From assembly GCA_900542395.1 (NCBI GenBank), contig UQNM01000001.1, positions 863 to 64,862 of the forward strand: DNA of 64,000 nt, in the 5' to 3' direction. Numbering within the stretch: position 1 is the first letter of the stretch; the number at the start of each line of letters is the position of its first letter. The translations under genes were made by a program, and so were the position numbers. The notes beneath the pieces are model-generated. The model was not told the origin of the DNA, did no database searches, and saw only the letters and a program-made list of their open reading frames with translations. The stretch comes from an uncultured Eubacteriales bacterium (lineage in GTDB: Bacteria > Bacillota > Clostridia > Christensenellales > Aristaeellaceae). Shown one piece after another: positions 38,793 through 48,789 of the stretch.

Positions 38793-39870
38793 GGGACGTC
38801 CCCCCAATGACCGCGGCCTGCGCGGGATTCCAATACAGGTAGGCGGTGCTGCCGGGCGTGAGCGCGTCGCTGAGGCGGCCTTCGCTCGTCGCGACGGCTT
38901 CTTCGCCGTCGGGGAGGATGGCATAGGTCAGCACGCTGCCGCCTGCGTAGCGCGCCTCGCGCACGGTGACGGGCAGTTGAAAGCCCTCGACCGGCACGGG
39001 GGAAACGCGCATCCGCTCCGTGCGCACGCAGATTTCGCAGTCCTCGCCTGCGCAAAGCCGCGCGCGGGAAGCGTCCGCCGTGAAGCTGCCGCAGGCGCCG
39101 CGGATGACCGCCGTATCCTTTCCGACGGATTCCACCTTGCCGCTGAGAATGGTGGAGCGGCCGATGAACTGCGCGACGTAGTGCGTCTTCGGCTCGTCGT
39201 AGATTTCTTCCGGCGTGCCGAGCTGCTCAAAGCGCCCGCCGCGCATGACCGCGATGCGGTCGGACATGTTGATGGCCTCTTCCTGATCGTGGGTGATGTA
39301 GACGAAGGTGATGCCCAGCTTCTTTTGCAGGCGCTTGAGCTCAAGCTGCATTTGGCGGCGGAGCTGCAAATCCAGCGCGCCCAGCGGTTCATCCAGCAGC
39401 AGCAGCTCCGGTTCGGGCGCGAGCGCGCGGGCGATGGCGATGCGCTGGCGCTGACCGCCGGAAAGCTGGCTGGGCATGCGCTTGGCAAAATCCGCCATCT
39501 GCACCAGTTCGAGCATCTCGCGCACGCGCTTTTCGATGGAGGCTTTATCCATCCTGCGCACGCGCAGGCCGTAGGCCACGTTCTTTTCGACGTTCATATG
39601 CGGAAAGAGCGCGTAGCTCTGAAAGACCGTGTTGACGGGGCGGCGCTCCGGCGGCAGCGCGGTGACGTCCCGGCCGTCCAGCAGCACCGTGCCCTCGTCC
39701 GGCGTTTCCAGACCGGAGATTATGCGCAGGGTCGTCGTCTTGCCGCAGCCGGACGCGCCCAGCAGCGTGACGAACTCGCCTCTGGCGACATCCAGCGAGA
39801 TATCGCGCAGAACGTCGCCCTCGCCGAAATCCTTGGAAATGTGCTGTAAAGAAAGAAGGGTATCCTGCAT
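38782..39870 (-). CDS. potA: spermidine/putrescine ABC transporter ATP-binding protein
   Basis: Walker A GASGCGKTT, LSGGQRQR signature, C-terminal TOBE domain. Confidence 0.9.
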   Translation of the reverse strand: MQDTLLSLQHISKDFGEGDVLRDISLDVARGEFVTLLGASGCGKTTTLRIISGLETPDEGTVLLDGRDVTALPPERRPVNTVFQSYALFPHMNVEKNVAYGLRVRRMDKASIEKRVREMLELVQMADFAKRMPSQLSGGQRQRIAIARALAPEPELLLLDEPLGALDLQLRRQMQLELKRLQKKLGITFVYITHDQEEAINMSDRIAVMRGGRFEQLGTPEEIYDEPKTHYVAQFIGRSTILSGKVESVGKDTAVIRGACGSFTADASRARLCAGEDCEICVRTERMRVSPVPVEGFQLPVTVREARYAGGSVLTYAILPDGEEAVATSEGRLSDALTPGSTAYLYWNPAQAAVIGGTSHGA

Positions 39871-40023
39871 GGTTTCCTCCCTGAGTCATCAAGCCTGTGC
39901 GGGCGGGGCTTTGCGCCGCAACCCATAAAAACAGCATGATTATATGCTAGAAAAAGCGCCGTGTCAACCATAAAGTTCAGCGGGAAAAATGTGCAGGTTT
40001 AATGCAGCTAAACTTCCGGCGGG

Positions 40024-40060
40024 AAAAAGACCCTCTTTGCGCAAAAACGCGCAAGAGGGC
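40024..40060 (-). terminator. rho-independent terminator downstream of the amino-acid ABC operon
   Basis: gccctcttgcgc-guuuuu-gcgcaaagagggtc followed by UUUUU on the minus strand. Confidence 0.7.
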
Positions 40061-40074
40061 GCAGAAATGGTGGC

Positions 40075-40830
40075 TCAATCGCCACATTCTCCGGCGAACG
40101 CGCGGATGGCCGCGCTGCGGGCGCTGCCAAGCACCTCTTTGGCCGGGCCATCCTCCGCGACGAGGCCGTTTTCCATATAAATCACGCGATCCGCCACATC
40201 GCGGGCGAAGTTCATTTCGTGGGTGACGACGATCATCGTGCGCTTTTCGGCGGCTAACTGACGGATGACGCAGAGCACCTCCTGCGTGAGCTGCGGGTCA
40301 AGCGCGCTGGTCGGCTCGTCAAAGCAGAGAATTTCCGGATCCATGGCCAGCGCGCGGGCGATGGCGACGCGCTGACACTGCCCGCCGGAGAGGTTGCAGG
40401 GATACGCGCCCGCCTTATCCGCAAGGCCGACCTTTTCCAGCAGGAGCATGGCCTTCTGCTCGGCCTCCTGGCGGCTTCGATGGAGCACAAGCTGCTGCGG
40501 CGCGACGATGTTGCGCAGCACCGTGTAATGCGGAAAGAGGTTGTAATCCTGAAAGACGAGCCCCATCTTGAGGCAGAGCCCGCGCAGGTCTTTTTCCGTC
40601 CGATAGCGCGCCGCGCCATCCGCGCCAGTGGTGACCATCGCCTGACCGTCGATGCGGATTTCGCCGCTGTCGATGGTTTCAAGGTGGTTGAGACAACGCA
40701 GGAGGGTGCTCTTGCCCGAACCGCTGCGGCCGATGACGGCGACGACCTCGCCCTTGTCCACGCGCACGGTCACGCCCTTCAAAATTTCGTTGTCGCCGTA
40801 TTTTTTTCTGATGTCAATCGCCTGAAGCAT
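40075..40830 (-). CDS. polar amino acid ABC transporter ATP-binding protein
   Basis: Walker A GRSGSGKST, LSGGQCQR signature; GlnQ/HisP-like. Confidence 0.85.
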   Translation of the reverse strand: MLQAIDIRKKYGDNEILKGVTVRVDKGEVVAVIGRSGSGKSTLLRCLNHLETIDSGEIRIDGQAMVTTGADGAARYRTEKDLRGLCLKMGLVFQDYNLFPHYTVLRNIVAPQQLVLHRSRQEAEQKAMLLLEKVGLADKAGAYPCNLSGGQCQRVAIARALAMDPEILCFDEPTSALDPQLTQEVLCVIRQLAAEKRTMIVVTHEMNFARDVADRVIYMENGLVAEDGPAKEVLGSARSAAIRAFAGECGD

Positions 40831-40871
40831 GACCCTTGTTCTCCCTTTCCGTTTCCGCGCCGGAGCGCTTG

Positions 40872-41537
40872 TCAATCCTTGTAATACGCCATGCGGCGAT
40901 TGAGGCAGCCGAACACGAGCGAGACCGCGCCGTTCATCAGCAGATAGAAAAGCCCCGCGACAAAGAGCGGCTCGACGGAGGCGGTGCGGCTGGCCTCGTT
41001 CTTCGCCGCGCGGAACAGCTCGGCGACGGCGATCACGTTCGCCAGCGACGTATCCTTGACCAGCGTAATCACCTCGTTGCTGACCGGCAGCAGCACGCGC
41101 TTCGCCATCTGCGGCAGAATGACGTGAAAAAACGTCTGTCCGCGCGTCATGCCCAGCACCTGACCGGCCTCGCGCTGCCCGACGGGGATGGATTGAATCC
41201 CGCCGCGGAAGATTTCGGCGAAATAGGCGGCGTAGTTGATGGAAAAGGCGAGGATGGTGGCATTCATGCGGTCGAGGTTCACGCCCGTCAGCGTCGGAAT
41301 GGCAAAATAGATGGCGAAGATTTGCAGCATCAGCGGCGTGCCGCGCATCACCAGAATATACAGCGACGTCGGCACGCTGACGATCTTGCGCCTGCTCATG
41401 CGCAGCAGCGCCACGGCCAAGCCGAGCGGCAGGGAAAACAGCAGCGTGAAGAAGAAAATAATCAGCGTGTTATAAAAGCCGCCCGTCATGGAAAGCACGA
41501 GCTTCATAAAGGCGTCGAAATTGTTGAAGTATCGCAT
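40872..41537 (-). CDS. polar amino acid ABC transporter permease (alternative start at 41576)
   Basis: His/Glu/Gln/Arg/opine permease family; GGAGG-7-ATG at 41537. Confidence 0.8.
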   Translation of the reverse strand: MRYFNNFDAFMKLVLSMTGGFYNTLIIFFFTLLFSLPLGLAVALLRMSRRKIVSVPTSLYILVMRGTPLMLQIFAIYFAIPTLTGVNLDRMNATILAFSINYAAYFAEIFRGGIQSIPVGQREAGQVLGMTRGQTFFHVILPQMAKRVLLPVSNEVITLVKDTSLANVIAVAELFRAAKNEASRTASVEPLFVAGLFYLLMNGAVSLVFGCLNRRMAYYKD

Positions 41538-41574
41538 GAAGGCCTCCGAAAAGGTGATATGGACGGAAAGGGCC

Positions 41575-41605
41575 ATTTTCTCCCCCCTTCGGGGAGAAAA
41601 TGGCT
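41575..41605 (-). promoter_or_regulatory. Perfect 13-bp GC-rich REP-like hairpin between the SBP and permease genes (ccattttctcccc-loop-ggggagaaaatgg)
   Basis: Palindrome read directly from the sequence; related to the hairpin core of Family B repeats. Confidence 0.7.
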
Positions 41606-41610
41606 GTTTA

Positions 41611-42420
41611 TCAGTCCGCGTATTGAGCGACCAGCGTGATGTCATTGGCGAACCACTTGGCGCGGATGGTGTCCAGCGTGCCGTCTTTGAACATATCGAT
41701 GAGCTGCTGGCTCACCGCGTCGGCGAGGGTCTGTTCGCCCTTGCGGAAGGCAATGCCGTATTCCTCGGCTTCCAGCACATCGGGCAGCACGGTGAACTGG
41801 GTCGGATCGTCCTGTTGGGCGATGTAGTAATTGCCAACCACGGAGTCGATCAGCAGCACGTCGATGCCGCCGAGCTTGAGATCCATCAGCGCGGTCACGA
41901 AATCATCGTACAGCTGCGGCTCGCCGATGGCCGCCAGCAGATCGGGGTTCGCGTTCAGCACGTCCACGGAGCTGGAACCGGCCTGCGTGCCAAGCACCTT
42001 GCCGGAAAGATCCGCCTCAGAGGCGATGCCGGAATCGGAACGAACGACGAGAATCTGCTCGTTGGCCAGATACGGGATGGAGAAGGTCATCTGCTCGATG
42101 CGCTCCGGGGTCATCGTCAGACCCGACCAGATGCAGTCGATGTTTTTGCCGGAAAGCTCCAGCTCCTTGGAGTCCCACGAGACCGGCTGGAGGACGAGCT
42201 CCACGCCGAGACGGTCGGTGACTTCCTTGGCCAGATCGATGTCAAAGCCGACGTATTCGCCGTTTTCATCGACAAAGCCCATCGGCGGGTATTCCTCGTC
42301 AAAGCCCATCACGAAGGTGCCCTTCGCCTTGACATCCCCAAGGCCGGTATCTTCCGCCAGCGCGGCGGTGAAGCAGAGGGTGAGGATGGCGGCCAGCAGA
42401 GCGGCAAGCATCTTTTTCAT
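41611..42420 (-). CDS. polar amino acid ABC transporter substrate-binding protein
   Basis: Signal peptide; SBP family 3 sequence. Confidence 0.85.
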   Translation of the reverse strand: MKKMLAALLAAILTLCFTAALAEDTGLGDVKAKGTFVMGFDEEYPPMGFVDENGEYVGFDIDLAKEVTDRLGVELVLQPVSWDSKELELSGKNIDCIWSGLTMTPERIEQMTFSIPYLANEQILVVRSDSGIASEADLSGKVLGTQAGSSSVDVLNANPDLLAAIGEPQLYDDFVTALMDLKLGGIDVLLIDSVVGNYYIAQQDDPTQFTVLPDVLEAEEYGIAFRKGEQTLADAVSQQLIDMFKDGTLDTIRAKWFANDITLVAQYAD

Positions 42421-42499
42421 AAGGGATTGCTCCTTTCCGAATGACCGGCGAAGATTTGCCGGCTGTTTACTTTAATGTGTTAGCGCTTTAATGTGATGA

Positions 42500-42528
42500 A
42501 GTATACCACGCGAAAAACGGTTTGTCAA
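42500..42528 (-). promoter_or_regulatory. sigma-A promoter TTGACA-17-TATACT for the amino-acid ABC operon
   Basis: Consensus hexamers on the minus strand. Confidence 0.6.
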
Positions 42529-42597
42529 CGGGGTTTTGAAGTTTTTTTGAAAACAGTAAATGAGCAAATCCGAAATTCTGCACTAATTCCGATAACG

Positions 42598-42740
42598 GGC
42601 GCGCGATGCGCGCCTACCTGACTCCCTCAGTCACGGCTACGCCGTGCCAGCTCCCTCGAAGAGGGAGCTCTATATCAGGTTATTTCCCGTCTAAGCAATA
42701 AGTTGCACCGTACCCGTAGGGGCGCGCATCGCGCGCCCGC
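42598..42740. repeat. Family C mosaic repeat, copy 2, with 20-nt terminal inverted repeats (gggcgcgcgatgcgcgcc / ggcgcgcatcgcgcgccc), immediately downstream of dnaA
   Basis: Inverted homologue of 56084-56127; contains the gtcacggctacgccgtgcc and ctccctcgaagagggag modules. Confidence 0.7.
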
Positions 42741-42900
42741 TTTTTATGCAGAATTTGCTTTTTGCTCAATGAGTGGTGGAAAAGTTTTCCACATTCAAGG
42801 ACAAACTGTGGAAAAAAACCGACGCTGCGAAACAGCGTCGGTGGCGGAAAGCGCAGAAAACTCAGTTTTCTGCCGGAGTTGGGGCAGAGCCTCAACGTAT

Positions 42901-44226
42901 TTATTTCTCGGTGATGATCTTTTTCAGATCGGCAATCGAGCTCTTCATATCCGAAGAGGTATCGAGCATCTTGGTCACCTTGTCGCAGGAATTGATGATC
43001 GTCGAGTGATCGCGGCCGAAAGCGTCGCCGATGCGCGGCAGGCTCAGCCCGGTCATCTCGCGCGTCAGATAGACGGCGACGTGGCGCGCCAGCGCGATTT
43101 CCTTCTTGCGGGAATCGCCGCGCAGCATATCCGCGCTCAGGCTGTAATAATCGGCCACGCAGTCGATAATCAGCTCCGGCGTGATGCGCTTGGGATCGCG
43201 CACGACGGCGATATCGTGCAGCGCGTGGGAGATGACCTCCTCGTTGATTTCGCAGTGGTTCAGCTTGGCGTAGGCGTTGACGCGGGTCAGCGAGCCTTCC
43301 AGCTCGCGGATGTTGCTCTCGATGCGCCCGGCGATAAGCTCCAGCATCTCGTCGCTGATTTCAATGCCCTCGTTTTCGGCCTTCTTGCGCAGAATGGCGA
43401 TTCGGGTATCGAAATCCGGCTTCTGAATGTCGGCGATCAGGCCCCACTCGAAGCGGCTGCGCAGGCGCTCCTCCAGACGGGCGATTTCGCGCGGCGGCTT
43501 ATCGGAGGAGATGATGATCTGCTTGCCCGCGCTGTGCAGGGCGTTGAAGGTGTGGAAGAATTCTTCCTGCGTGGAATCGCGGCCGGCGATAAACTGAATG
43601 TCGTCCAGCATCAGCACATCGACGTTGCGGAAGCGGTTGCGAAATTCCACGTTCTTGTTGTTCTTGATGGCGGCGACCAGCTCGTTGGTGAACATCTCGC
43701 TGGGCAGATAGAGCATGCGCATGTTCGGAAAATGATCCTGAATGAAGTGGCCGATGGCGTGCATCAGGTGCGTCTTGCCCAAGCCGACGCCGCCGTAGAG
43801 GAACAGCGGGTTATAGGCCATGCCCGGCTGCTCGGCGACGGCCAGCGCGGCGGCGTGCGCGAAGCGGTTGGACGAGCCGACAACGAACGTGTCAAACGTC
43901 GATTTCGGGTTGAACATGTTGATGCCCTGCATCGCCGGGGCGTCTTCCTTCTTCTGGCGCTCCTGCCACTCGATGCGCTCCTTGACGCTCATCAGCTCGA
44001 TGGTCATTTCGCGCCCGGCGGCCTGACTCACCGCTTCGGTGATCATCGGCAGATAGCGCGCGCGGATGGTCTTCTCGTTAAAATCGCTGATGACCTCCAG
44101 CGCGAGCTTGTCGTCCACCACATACACGGGCTTGAGCGGCTGCTCGATCCATGTGGTATAGGAAACGTTGGCCAGCTCCTCGCGCATCAGTGCCTTGGCC
44201 TTATCCCATAATTCGATATGATCCAT
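42901..44226 (-). CDS. dnaA: chromosomal replication initiator protein DnaA
   Basis: AAA+ Walker [11 protein letters not shown], DnaA signature, C-terminal HTH; GGAGG RBS. Confidence 0.92.
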   Translation of the reverse strand: MDHIELWDKAKALMREELANVSYTTWIEQPLKPVYVVDDKLALEVISDFNEKTIRARYLPMITEAVSQAAGREMTIELMSVKERIEWQERQKKEDAPAMQGINMFNPKSTFDTFVVGSSNRFAHAAALAVAEQPGMAYNPLFLYGGVGLGKTHLMHAIGHFIQDHFPNMRMLYLPSEMFTNELVAAIKNNKNVEFRNRFRNVDVLMLDDIQFIAGRDSTQEEFFHTFNALHSAGKQIIISSDKPPREIARLEERLRSRFEWGLIADIQKPDFDTRIAILRKKAENEGIEISDEMLELIAGRIESNIRELEGSLTRVNAYAKLNHCEINEEVISHALHDIAVVRDPKRITPELIIDCVADYYSLSADMLRGDSRKKEIALARHVAVYLTREMTGLSLPRIGDAFGRDHSTIINSCDKVTKMLDTSSDMKSSIADLKKIITEK

Positions 44227-44292
44227 GGCGGAAACCTCCGTATCTTCTGCGGCGCGTGACGGCCGCTTTCCCACAATCTGTACACATATCCC

Positions 44293-44492
44293 TGTGGATA
44301 TACTGTGGATATCCACAATACTTTCCACAGCTTGTGGAAAGATAGACTCCACCTGTGGATAACTTCTTATGACAGCTTTCCTATCATATCAAAAAAAAGC
44401 CCTGTTTTCAAGGCTTTTTTGGCAGGCGGCGAAAAGAAAGAAAATGCAGCTTTCATCCGCCTGCTCTGCCGGTTCATCGCGGGTTATCCACA
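44293..44492. promoter_or_regulatory. oriC/dnaA promoter region with at least six DnaA boxes (TGTGGATAT x2, ATATCCACA, TGTGGAAAG, TGTGGATAA, TTATCCACA)
   Basis: Consensus matches on both strands upstream of dnaA. Confidence 0.8.
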
Positions 44493-44599
44493 ATATGATG
44501 TGGTCGCTGTCGATAACTGACCACAATTTTCGTGCGCAGATGGGCGGATTCCGTCATTTTTGTGTGAAATCCTGTCGGAAAATGTTTGAAAAAAATTTG

Positions 44600-45340
44600 T
44601 TAAATGTAGCCGCCGTCCACGCCGAGCACCTGCCCGGTGATGAAGGAGGCCGCGTCCGAGAGCAGAAACGCGCAGGCCTGCGCCACGTCCTGCGGCGTGC
44701 CGAGGCGGCAAAGCGGCGTTTCCTCCGCCAGCGCGGCCTTGGTTTCGTCGCTGTGCTCATCCATCATGCGCGTGTCGATCACGCCGGGGGCGATGCAGTT
44801 GACGCGCACGCCGCTGGGCCCCAGCTCCTTGGCCAGCGCGCGGGTCAGGCCGATCACGGCGGCCTTGCTGGCGGAATACGCGACCTCGCACGACGCGCCG
44901 ACGCGCCCCCACATGCTGGAAACCGTCACAATCGCGCCCTCGTTTCGAGAAACCATGCCCGGCGCAAGCGCGCGGATGAGGTAAAACATGCCGGAGACGT
45001 TCACATCCATCACCGCGCGCCACTGCGCGTCCGTCATGTCGCACAGAAGCCCGGTGTGCGATATGCCCGCGCAGAGCGCCAGCGCATCGACGCGGTGATA
45101 CAGCGCGAGCACGTCGCGGCACATCGCCTGCACGCTCCCGCTGTCGGCCAGATCGCAGAAGACCGCGTGCGCGTCGTGCCCCTCCGCGCAGAGGCGGTCG
45201 GCCAGTGCCTCGGCCTGCCGAAGCCCGCGGCAGCCGTGAACCAGAACCGTGTAGCCCTCCCGCGCCAGCTTTTCGGCGCACGCGCCGCCAATGCCGCCGG
45301 ATGCGCCGGTGACGAGCGCGATTTTTTTCTTCATATACAA
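44600..45340 (-). CDS. SDR family oxidoreductase (FabG-like)
   Basis: TGASGGIG and YSASK motifs. Confidence 0.8.
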   Translation of the reverse strand: MYMKKKIALVTGASGGIGGACAEKLAREGYTVLVHGCRGLRQAEALADRLCAEGHDAHAVFCDLADSGSVQAMCRDVLALYHRVDALALCAGISHTGLLCDMTDAQWRAVMDVNVSGMFYLIRALAPGMVSRNEGAIVTVSSMWGRVGASCEVAYSASKAAVIGLTRALAKELGPSGVRVNCIAPGVIDTRMMDEHSDETKAALAEETPLCRLGTPQDVAQACAFLLSDAASFITGQVLGVDGGYI

Positions 45341-45426
45341 AACCTCCGTGGTTTTCCCTGTCGCTTATCGGCTTGACGGAATCAGCCGTCATGCTCTATT
45401 ATAAGGAAAAGAACGGAGGAATCAAG

Positions 45427-45768
45427 ATGGCTTATCAGATTTATTGCGGAAAAGGCTTTGACACCCAGAAGGCCGAGCGCTTTTTTAAGGAGCGCCGCGT
45501 CGCGTATCAGCGCGTGGACGTGCTCAAATACGGCATCGGCAGGCGGGAACTGGAGAGCGTCGCCGCCGCGGTCGGGCTGGACGCGCTCTGCGACAAGGAG
45601 AGCAAGGCGTATCGCGAAAGCGTGATCGCCTACACCCAAAGCCGCGATTCGATTCTCGCGGGGCTGATGGAAAAACCGCAGCTCCTTCGGCTGCCCATCG
45701 TCCGCGACGGCCGCCGCGCCACCGTCGGATATCGCCCGGAAATCTGGGAAGAATGGCTGAAGGGCTAA
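45427..45768 (+). CDS. ArsC/Spx/YffB family protein
   Basis: Thioredoxin-like ArsC-family N-terminus (IYCGKG); GGAGG RBS. Confidence 0.65.
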   Translation: MAYQIYCGKGFDTQKAERFFKERRVAYQRVDVLKYGIGRRELESVAAAVGLDALCDKESKAYRESVIAYTQSRDSILAGLMEKPQLLRLPIVRDGRRATVGYRPEIWEEWLKG

Positions 45769-46322
45769 TCCACAGGCGTTTCCTGCCCGCTGGCGTCGAA
45801 AATGCGCGTGCCCTCGCACGTCAGCAGCAGCGTGCCCACGCGCCATGCGTCCGTCTTTAAGCAGCGCGCCTTGTCAGCCCCGGCGACGACGTAGGCGTAT
45901 TTGCCGTCTTCGCTGTCTTGATAAAAACGGGCGGAAAAATCCTGCGTATCGGTGGAGACCGTCACCGTCAGCAGCGGCTCGCCGCGCGGCTCAAAATCCT
46001 CGCAGGGGATGAAGCAATCCGCCGTCAGTTGGTCGAGCAGCGTGGAAAAAACCTCGCCGTCGGCCTTCTGCCCGTTGACGCTCAATTCGCCGCGCACGCT
46101 GAAATCAAACGCGCAGTCGTCCCCGGCGCGGATGTGAATTTCCGAAATGTCCGAATCGGTCAATTCCGGAAAGAGCAGGCGCTCGTCCGGCAGCTCGCCG
46201 CTCGTCGCCTCGCGTGCCGGCGCGTCGGGCGCGGAGAGCGTCTGCGTCGATTTGTTTCCGGCGGGCAGCAGCATGAAACCCAGGAGACAAACCGCCGCCA
46301 GAGAAAAAATTCGCTTCGCCAT
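45765..46322 (-). CDS. hypothetical secreted protein
   Basis: Signal peptide; no recognisable motif. Confidence 0.45.
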   Translation of the reverse strand: MAKRIFSLAAVCLLGFMLLPAGNKSTQTLSAPDAPAREATSGELPDERLLFPELTDSDISEIHIRAGDDCAFDFSVRGELSVNGQKADGEVFSTLLDQLTADCFIPCEDFEPRGEPLLTVTVSTDTQDFSARFYQDSEDGKYAYVVAGADKARCLKTDAWRVGTLLLTCEGTRIFDASGQETPVD

Positions 46323-46554
46323 GCGGCGCGCCCCCTTTCCAGCCTTGCGTGGGGATATTATAGCGCGCGGATGTAGCAGGGAAGCAATGAAAATGAAACA
46401 AAAATGTGAACTCTTTCCACCGGATTCTTCCCACCGCGGCGGGCGGCGCAAAGCCGCTTGACAGGCGCTGGGCAAGTACGTTACAATGGAGCGCGGAAAG
46501 CCCCCGCGCGGAACGGCGGGGCAGAACTTTGAAAAGACGGAGTGTTTCGAGAGC

Positions 46555-48492
46555 ATGGTTTTAAAGCATCATACCCTCAACCCGTTCGATCGCAAGCCGC
46601 AGGGCGCGGTGGCGACGGGCGGACAGGTTCGGCTGCGTCTGACGGTGGAAGATGAACAGGCGCCGGTTGAGCTTTTTTTGCGTGTCTGGAATGGCGATGA
46701 GCGCCGTTATCCCATGCGCCCGCTGGGATTGAAGGATGGCAGAATGATCTATGAGGCGCAGATCGGCGTGGGCGATAAGCCCCGGCTGCTCTGGTATCGG
46801 TTCGAGTGCGAATACAAGGGCGAGCATGTGGTGCTCGGCGCGCCGGGGGATCACACCGGCTGCGGCGAGGGCGTGATGGGGAGCGAGGAGAGCTTCCAGA
46901 TCACTGTTTACGATGCGGCCTACGACACCCCCGCGTGGATGCGCGATGGCGTCATGTATCAGATCATGGTGGATCGCTTCTGCCATGGCGAAGGCACGGA
47001 CGCGCTCATGCACGCCAAGGACGGGCAGAATATCATCCTGCACGAGGATTGGAATGAAATGCCCTTCCTCAACATCGCCGAAAACGGCGACAACTTTGCC
47101 AACGACTTCTTCGGCGGTAATTTGGAGGGCGTGCGGCAGAAGCTGCCGTACCTCAAGCAGCTCGGCGTGAGCGTGCTGTACTTCAACCCGATCTTCTGCG
47201 CGCGCACCAACCACAAATACGACACGAGCGACTATCGCAGGGTCGATCCGATGTTCGGCGACGAGCAGGCGCTGGCACGCCTGTGCAAAGAGGCCGAGGC
47301 GCTGGGCATGCGCGTGATGCTCGACGGCGTGTTCTCCCACGTCGGCGACGACAGCCTGTATTTCAACCGCCGCGGCACCTACGGCGAGCACGTCGGCGCG
47401 TATCGCGACCCCGATTCGCCGTATTACAAATGGTTCACCTTCCGCCATTGGCCGGACGATTACGAGTGCTGGTGGGGCTTCAAAACCCTGCCGAACGTCA
47501 ACGAAATGGACGAGGATTATCGCCGCTTTATTCTGGAGGACGATGATTCCGTCGTGCGCCACTGGGTCAGAAAGGGCACGAGCGGCTGGCGGCTGGATGT
47601 GGCCGACGAACTGCCGATGCCGTTTCTGCGCGAGCTGCGCAGGCAGGTCAAGGACGTATCCAAGGACGCGGCGGTGCTCGGCGAGGTCTGGGAGGATGCG
47701 AGCCACAAGGTCGCCTACGGGCAGATGCGCTCCTATGTGCTCGGCGACACGCTGGACAGCGTGATGAATTACCCGCTCCGCGACGCGCTGATCGCGTTTC
47801 TGATGGCGCAGAAGGACGCGGCAGCCGTCGCCAAGGAGCTTTCCTCGCTGGCGCAGAATTATCCCAAGCCGTTCCTCTACGCGCTGATGAACCTGATGGG
47901 CAGCCACGACAGGCCGCGCATCCTCAACGTGCTGGCCGGAAACGACGGCAGCGATATTCCCCGCAGCCAGCGCGCGGATCACCGCCTCTCTCGGGAGGAG
48001 CGCATGATCGGCGCGCTGCGCGAACAACTGATGCTGCGGTTTGTGTTCAGCGTACCGGGCATGCCGTGCATCTACTACGGCGACGAGGCGGGCGTGGAGG
48101 GCTGCGCCGACCCGTTCTGCCGCCGAACCTATCCGTGGGGGCGCGAGGATCAGGATATGCTGGCGCGCTACAAAGCCATGGCCGCCATGCGAAACGGCCA
48201 CCCCGTGCTGAAAACCGGCGAATGTGCGTATATCGCGCCCTGCTCGGCTGTGCTGGGCGTGATCCGCAAAAACGAAAACGGGAAGGATGCGTTCGGCAAA
48301 AAGGCCGAAGACGCCTGCGCCGTGACGCTCATCAACCGCAGCGCCAGAGAGGTCGTCGTCTACCTGACGAGCGCGGACGTCTCTGGCGCGCAGACGCTCG
48401 TTTCTGACGACGGGCAGATTTTTACCGCCCGAAGCGGCGCGTTCAGCGTGAAGATCAAGGGCTTGCAGGGCATGACGATGTTCGCGATGTAA
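46555..48492 (+). CDS. glycoside hydrolase family 13 (neopullulanase/cyclomaltodextrinase-like alpha-amylase)
   Basis: GH13 conserved regions (GWRLDVADE, EVWED, FLGSHD-like). Confidence 0.85.
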   Translation: MVLKHHTLNPFDRKPQGAVATGGQVRLRLTVEDEQAPVELFLRVWNGDERRYPMRPLGLKDGRMIYEAQIGVGDKPRLLWYRFECEYKGEHVVLGAPGDHTGCGEGVMGSEESFQITVYDAAYDTPAWMRDGVMYQIMVDRFCHGEGTDALMHAKDGQNIILHEDWNEMPFLNIAENGDNFANDFFGGNLEGVRQKLPYLKQLGVSVLYFNPIFCARTNHKYDTSDYRRVDPMFGDEQALARLCKEAEALGMRVMLDGVFSHVGDDSLYFNRRGTYGEHVGAYRDPDSPYYKWFTFRHWPDDYECWWGFKTLPNVNEMDEDYRRFILEDDDSVVRHWVRKGTSGWRLDVADELPMPFLRELRRQVKDVSKDAAVLGEVWEDASHKVAYGQMRSYVLGDTLDSVMNYPLRDALIAFLMAQKDAAAVAKELSSLAQNYPKPFLYALMNLMGSHDRPRILNVLAGNDGSDIPRSQRADHRLSREERMIGALREQLMLRFVFSVPGMPCIYYGDEAGVEGCADPFCRRTYPWGREDQDMLARYKAMAAMRNGHPVLKTGECAYIAPCSAVLGVIRKNENGKDAFGKKAEDACAVTLINRSAREVVVYLTSADVSGAQTLVSDDGQIFTARSGAFSVKIKGLQGMTMFAM

Positions 48493-48562
48493 GGGCAAAA
48501 GAAAAAGAGACCGAAAGGCCTCTTACAGATTGTAGACAAAAAGTAAAATTCAAGTTTTTGGG

Positions 48563-48598
48563 AACAGGCGTGATTTCGGTCACGCCTGTTCCGCTTTT
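48563..48598 (+). terminator. rho-independent terminator after the GH13 gene
   Basis: gaacaggcgtga-uuucg-gucacgccuguuc followed by CGCUUUU. Confidence 0.7.
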
Positions 48599-48789
48599 AG
48601 CGGTTCGTCCACGGGAATGTATACTTGCTCCCATTGTCACAGGCTACGCACATATCTTTGTTCATGGTTTTTCTACCTCTGCACACAGTTTCAGTGCTGT
48701 TATTTTTGCTTTTATCAAGAAAAGTCCTTTTCATCTACGAAAAAAATGATCCGTATCGGCCGATTCCAGTTCCTGTTGTCAGGCATAAC

